The notes beneath the pieces were generated by a model. It was not told the origin of the DNA and ran no database searches. It saw nothing but the letters and a program-made list of their open reading frames with translations. A stretch of 63,862 nt of DNA, the filler included, from Intoshia linei (taxonomy: Eukaryota > Animalia > Orthonectida), in NCBI GenBank assembly GCA_001642005.1. It is 4 parts of 4 records of this genome, joined end to end, with 100 filler letters (N's around TTAATTAATTAA, not from the genome) between each part and the next. Parts side by side here need not be neighbours in the genome. Positions count along the whole stretch, not along the records: positions 62,723 to 63,862 come from LWCA01002772.1; 3 more parts are not named here. The stretch is one strand, 5' to 3'. The position numbers and the translations under genes are program-made. This document shows positions 63,073 through 63,862 of the stretch, in pieces (within the stretch, counting starts at the first letter, position 1; each line of letters opens with the position of its first letter).

Positions 63073-63344
63073 CTTATAAATTAAATTTCCGATAATTATA
63101 GCCAAAGTATGATATCGTATTTGACTCTCTACGACAAGAAAAGTAATTTTTCTTAGAAGCATGGGCTGGGAAAAGTAGTAACGAAGTGATCTACCTACTT
63201 TTAATGTCATCGAAAAAACATCAGAATTGGGTTTGCTCATAATTACGTGTTGACATTTTCCTTTCGCAATTATTTTTGTGTTTATGCACCATCCACCTTC
63301 ATGAATACTTGCTGCATTGATTTCATAGGGACGTGGAGGTTTTG
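63073..63344 (-). CDS. Internal exon of an unidentified protein (possibly an extracellular beta-sandwich/discoidin-like domain)
   Basis: Stop-free between the ctag acceptor and the AAG|gtaatt donor: KPPRPYEINAASIHEGGWCINTK...LRYYFSQPMLLRKITF... Confidence 0.35.
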
Positions 63345-63571
63345 CTAGTTAATTAAATAGTCATATAATACATACTCAAGTTGAGTGAACAGTGTTCATC
63401 AAGCTTAACTAAGTTTATATTTTTTATATTACATACTCCTTAAACTAGGATCTTCCCAAACTTTTTCCACACTGGACCACTTGTCAACAAAAAAATGTAT
63501 GGGGATCACACAATTTTTAAAAAAAAATGGCATATTTTATATGTAAAATATATGGGTAAAAAATTTGTTAT

Positions 63572-63720
63572 ACAGTCCGACCCCGGTTTGGGGCGAACCT
63601 CTACAGCGGGGTACCCTCGGTTTTTGGGCACTTTTTAAATATTTTATTAGTTTCATAGTATTATGCACTATTTCCTATAAATAAGTGTCAAACAAACCTC
63701 GTTTTGGGGCACTTTATTTT
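63572..63720 (+). mobile_element. pogo/Tigger-like TIR region
   Basis: ta|cagtccgaccccggtttggggcg with repeated cctcggtttt..gggcac submotifs. Confidence 0.45.
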
Positions 63721-63862
63721 TTAACAAAAATTTTAAATAAAAATGGTGAATGATAAATTAAATTATGACACAAAATTGGCAATAGCTCAATTATTAAAAG
63801 ATAAAAAGTTACATTTGTTTTTATCAGATATTATGTAAATATTAAGTTGTTATTGTCTTGTC

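Overview
Very AT-rich eukaryotic (metazoan) genomic DNA. It consists of four contig pieces joined by 100-nt N spacers, each carrying an artificial TTAATTAATTAA six-frame-stop linker (27274-27373, 54242-54341, 62623-62722). Genes are compact and highly diverged, with many 30-55 nt GT-AG introns, so the ORF track misses or fragments most of them. This style would fit a reduced-genome parasitic invertebrate such as an orthonectid, but that is inference only. Manual splicing recovers: the 3' end of a cytochrome b561/ferric-chelate reductase-like gene; an unannotated 64-aa secreted Cys-hairpin peptide; TRAPPC5; NDUFA12; a large multi-EF-hand protein; a low-complexity protein with a CPI-like motif; DDX24; EIF2B2; GTF2H3; an orphan secreted basic protein; PCF11; a tryptophan hydroxylase apparently reduced to its catalytic core; a frame-disrupted POP4; and a papain-family cathepsin with an inverted pseudogenised duplicate. 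Long introns and intergenic DNA are filled with a non-autonomous Helitron family, many hAT/piggyBac/Tc1-mariner MITEs with readable TSDs, and transposase relics (MULE, hAT, piggyBac, Tc1, mariner, Ty3/gypsy). The most interesting unexplained signals are a ~320-nt GC-richer, strand-asymmetric structured-RNA candidate between the divergent TRAPPC5 and NDUFA12 genes, the minimal TPH, and the secreted CX3C-CX3C peptide. All homology calls come from motif recognition by eye; no searches were run.
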